Source: Nitrospirales bacterium
Lineage (GTDB): Bacteria > Nitrospirota > Nitrospiria > Nitrospirales > UBA8639
NCBI GenBank assembly: GCA_963555755.3
Contig: OY820905.2
Coordinates: forward strand, 2,016,001 to 2,080,000
Direction: 5' to 3'
Length of the DNA stretch: 64,000 nt
The notes beneath the pieces were generated by a model, which searched no databases, was not told the origin of the DNA, and saw only the letters and a program-made list of their open reading frames with translations. Both the position numbers and the translations under genes were made by a program. Positions 60,724 to 64,000 of the stretch are shown in pieces; within the stretch, counting starts at the first letter, position 1; each line of letters starts with the position of its first letter.

Positions 60724-62739
60724 TTACCTCCAGCGATAAGGCTCCCCTTCATCCACCACACTCCACGCCTCGACAAGATCCGCTGGCACTTCGTCCAAAA
60801 ATCTCGACGGCTTGGAGAGCACCGACCCTGTCACTTTATCATACACATTTATCGGGAAGGTCAGGTAGAGATGTTGTTTGGCTCGGGTTACCGCCACATA
60901 GAGCAGCCGACGTTCTTCTTCTACATCATCTTCGGTGAGAAACGAATAGGAAGAGGGGAATCGGCCATCCACCAGCCAAATCACAAACACGCACCGCCAT
61001 TCCAGCCCCTTGGCTGAATGAATGGTTGAGAGAATGAGCCGTTCATCATCACGGTCGGGCGCATCAATATCCACCACGCTTTCATTCGGGGGCTCAAGGG
61101 TCAGATCCGCAAGAAAGTCCCCTAAACTACTATAGCGCTCGGCCATCACCTGAAGATGTTCCAAGTCTCGAATGCGCTTGGGGTAGTCGTCATACTGGTC
61201 TTTCAAAATCGGGAAATAATATTCGAGCATCTGTTGGATTTGATCCGTCGGCAGCCCATCCTCCGCGTGGCCGACCGCATCAAGCGCTGCCGCTAAATTC
61301 CGCAACCCGTAAGACGACCGCCCTGTGATGTCTCGCAACACGTCACAGGGTGTGTCTGTATTGACTAAGCGAGCGATTACGTCCTTTGCCCGTTTCTGGC
61401 CAACGCCATCGATTAGCAGCAGCACGCGATGCCAACTCACGGTATCCAGCGGATTGTGTATCACCCGAAGATGGGCCAAGAGATCCTTGACATGCGCGGT
61501 CTCGATAAACTTAAACCCACCTCGTTTGATAAACGGGATATCTCTCTTCGAAAGCTCCACCTCTAAGTCAAACGCATGAAAACTCGAGCGAAACAGCACC
61601 GCGATGTCATTCAACGGTACGCCTTCGTCCCGCAATTCTAAAATCTTTTGTGCCACGAAACGAGATTGCGGATTTTCTCCCGCAGCTTGTACCAATGCCG
61701 GTCGCTCGCCACCTTTTTTTTTCGTAAACAAGGTCTTGCTGTATTTTTCCGTTGAGCCTTCGATGATGGCATTGGCCAACTCCAACACGGATTGTGTGCT
61801 GCGGTAATTTTCCTCTAACTTGAAAATCTGCGTGCCCGGGAACAATGTCGGAAAATCCATGATGTTGCGGAACGTCGCCCCACGAAACGCATAGATGGAC
61901 TGCGAGTCGTCCCCGACCACCATCACGTTGTCGTGCGTCGAAGCCAGTTTACGCACGACCTCGGATTGCAATCGATTGGTATCCTGATACTCGTCCACCA
62001 ATAGATAGCGGTAGGTTTCGGAAATCATGCGCCTCGCGGATTCATCCACTGTTAACAATTCACGAAGGCGTAGCAGGAGATCGTCATAATCGACTAATTG
62101 CCGTTGCCGTTTGGTGGACTCATACCCCTCCTGCAACTTCGTCAGATCGGTCAGGTATTCTCCAAAATGGCTGTACTCATTGAGCAAGACATCATCCAGC
62201 GATTGAAGAGTATTCGCACATTTGCTGAACATGTCGGCAATCGTTTTTTTGCGCGGGAACCGTTTACCTGTGTCGATCGGGCCAATTTGCCCACGCACCA
62301 TATTGACCAAATCTTCGGAATCCCCACGGTCTAAAATGGTGAAGCCCGGCTCTAAGCCAATGACCCGGCCAAAGCGTCGAAGCAGGATATTCGCCACGGA
62401 GTGGAAGGTCCCGCCCATGACTCGATCACTTTGAGGACCGATCAACAGCCCAACCCGGCCCAACATTTCCTGTGCAGATCTGCGCGTAAAAGTCAGCAGG
62501 AGGATCGAGGCTGGATCTACTCCCATATCAATCAGCCGAGCCACGCGATACACCAATACCCGTGTTTTGCCACTCCCCGCCCCGGCAATCACCAACGCGG
62601 GGCCGTTGACCTTTTCCACAGCGGCTAACTGTTGCGGGTTGAGTTCTCGGGCATAGTCTCGGGAGAGGGGCCGAACCGGCGTATCGGCGCTCGGCCGATT
62701 GAGCACATAGACTTTGGATTCAGGTTTCAGGGTATCCAT
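60724..62739 (-). CDS. UvrD/PcrA-like ATP-dependent helicase
   Basis: AGAGSGKT, VDEYQD, VGDDSQSIYAFRGA, NYRST, TIHSAKGLE and EERRLLYVAVTRA. Confidence 0.94.
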   Translation of the reverse strand: MDTLKPESKVYVLNRPSADTPVRPLSRDYARELNPQQLAAVEKVNGPALVIAGAGSGKTRVLVYRVARLIDMGVDPASILLLTFTRRSAQEMLGRVGLLIGPQSDRVMGGTFHSVANILLRRFGRVIGLEPGFTILDRGDSEDLVNMVRGQIGPIDTGKRFPRKKTIADMFSKCANTLQSLDDVLLNEYSHFGEYLTDLTKLQEGYESTKRQRQLVDYDDLLLRLRELLTVDESARRMISETYRYLLVDEYQDTNRLQSEVVRKLASTHDNVMVVGDDSQSIYAFRGATFRNIMDFPTLFPGTQIFKLEENYRSTQSVLELANAIIEGSTEKYSKTLFTKKKGGERPALVQAAGENPQSRFVAQKILELRDEGVPLNDIAVLFRSSFHAFDLEVELSKRDIPFIKRGGFKFIETAHVKDLLAHLRVIHNPLDTVSWHRVLLLIDGVGQKRAKDVIARLVNTDTPCDVLRDITGRSSYGLRNLAAALDAVGHAEDGLPTDQIQQMLEYYFPILKDQYDDYPKRIRDLEHLQVMAERYSSLGDFLADLTLEPPNESVVDIDAPDRDDERLILSTIHSAKGLEWRCVFVIWLVDGRFPSSYSFLTEDDVEEERRLLYVAVTRAKQHLYLTFPINVYDKVTGSVLSKPSRFLDEVPADLVEAWSVVDEGEPYRWR

Positions 62740-62934
62740 TGATTCAAAACCGGAAGGTCGTCGGGAGGGGGCCGTCTTGTAATACTGAGCCGTGTATAGC
62801 ATACGAGCAGGAGGGTGTTCAACGACAGGCCTACGATATCTGTCCATCCCCCAAATGGCCGTAAGGTGGCGCACTTGCACCACCTTTTCCGCATTTGTTT
62901 ATAATAACAACTTCACACTAAATCTGGAAACACT

Positions 62935-63804
62935 ATGGACGTTAAAAAAGAGCACGAAACCATTCTCAAAAACTTAGCGGACACCATGCTGGGTATCGCG
63001 CGTGAATCCGTTTCGATGGTGAAACGGAGTGATCAAGAAGTTTCCACCAGATTGAGCCGTGAACAGGAATGGGAAATTTATCTTGAATTTCTGAAAGTCA
63101 TGTTCAACCTTGCCGACCGTGTGTCCGCCTTTTACATCCCGCTTCAACAACAGCCGCAATTCATGGACAGTCTTGAAGACCACGTGAGCGATCGCCTGAC
63201 AACCCTCCTCGCCCCTTCCATGAGTTCGTCTGAGATTGATGATCAAGAATTGATGCTCTCCATGGGAAAAGCCGTTGCGGAAAGCCGGGAGATTTATGAA
63301 AAATACAAGTTTGTGTACTCAGAAGATACCAAAGCGCGGAATGCCTTTTTCCAACATGCAGCGGAACGTGTGGCCGGGAGCGCAGGCTCCTCTAACAATC
63401 AAGCCATTATTTCAGCGTCAACCTTATGTACCAGTGCAGTCATTCCTGCTATGACGGCCCTTTTTGAGGGCAAAACTGGGCAAGAATCTTCGGAGCCTGC
63501 TCCCTCTCAAACGGAGACTCCTCCCACCAGCTCTGACACTACCACTTCGGGGCCGGGAACCTCAGAGCCCTCCACCCCTGGACCGCAAGCCATCAAGCTC
63601 ATTAGTGTGATCTCAAGTATCTCAGGGGAGGAATTCGAAACACGCTGGGGACTGTTTCCTCAATTTCGACAAGACCTACGGCCGGAACACGTGAAGGAAT
63701 TAACCACGCATATGAACCGGGTTGCTCAAATCCTGGGGGATCGATTTGCCGTGCTCTCATCAAAGCTTTCTGAAGAATCAAACCAGCCATCTGGCAATGC
63801 CTAA
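62935..63804 (+). CDS. Hypothetical protein
   Basis: 289-aa ORF, two domains joined by a S/T/P-rich linker. Confidence 0.7.
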   Translation: MDVKKEHETILKNLADTMLGIARESVSMVKRSDQEVSTRLSREQEWEIYLEFLKVMFNLADRVSAFYIPLQQQPQFMDSLEDHVSDRLTTLLAPSMSSSEIDDQELMLSMGKAVAESREIYEKYKFVYSEDTKARNAFFQHAAERVAGSAGSSNNQAIISASTLCTSAVIPAMTALFEGKTGQESSEPAPSQTETPPTSSDTTTSGPGTSEPSTPGPQAIKLISVISSISGEEFETRWGLFPQFRQDLRPEHVKELTTHMNRVAQILGDRFAVLSSKLSEESNQPSGNA

Positions 63805-63876
63805 ACAACCGCCTTCCTCACCTTAAGTCTCCTTGTGAATGTAACGAATTTCTTCTGTAGCGGGGAACATTTGACT

Positions 63877-64000
63877 ATGCACCACACCACACAACCGCAC
63901 GCAACGGATTCTAACACTGACTTTTCTCGCTTACACGAGCTCTCCATGAACGTCTGGTGGAGTTGGACACCTGTCGTACGTCAGGTCTTTCAAAACCTGG
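63877..64000 (+). CDS. glgP: Alpha-glucan (glycogen) phosphorylase, 5' part (runs off the window end)
   Basis: Manual translation gives ...RLHELSMNVWWSWTPVVRQVFQNL, the typical L.EL..N.WWSW N-terminus. Confidence 0.7.
   Translation, partial: MHHTTQPHATDSNTDFSRLHELSMNVWWSWTPVVRQVFQNL

Overview
A bacterial chromosomal window of moderate GC. Gene content and order resemble a Nitrospirales/Nitrospirota genome (inference only). Housekeeping blocks: tilS-ribF-hemB-CBS-cobA/hemD-hemC-hemA-ccsA, rsmI, tusA, tRNA-Leu(CAA), yggX, algH, uvrA, crcB, trmL, ychJ, HU, a uvrD-like helicase and the start of glgP. Accessory DNA: three type II TA pairs plus a hicA pseudogene, a phosphonate locus (pepM-cytidylyltransferase fusion, ppd, aldo-keto reductase), a secreted LigE-type DNA ligase, an AT-rich sugar ABC transporter, a zincin/ATP-grasp pair, and IS6 (x2), IS630, IS110/IS1111, IS30 and integrase-core remnants. 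The most notable unannotated structure is non-coding. (1) At least seven MITE families (labelled A, B, D, E, F, G, H here) nest inside each other up to four levels deep, several with readable target-site duplications. (2) An intact IS1111-type IS110 element has a 3' non-coding (bridge/seek RNA) region whose short segments match the terminal inverted repeat CCTAGAAAC of MITE family D, and it is inserted exactly in that repeat. (3) A stand-alone, ~410-nt promoter-to-terminator RNA with extensive long-range and alternative pairings and a 27-codon ORF lies at 22333-22776 (-).
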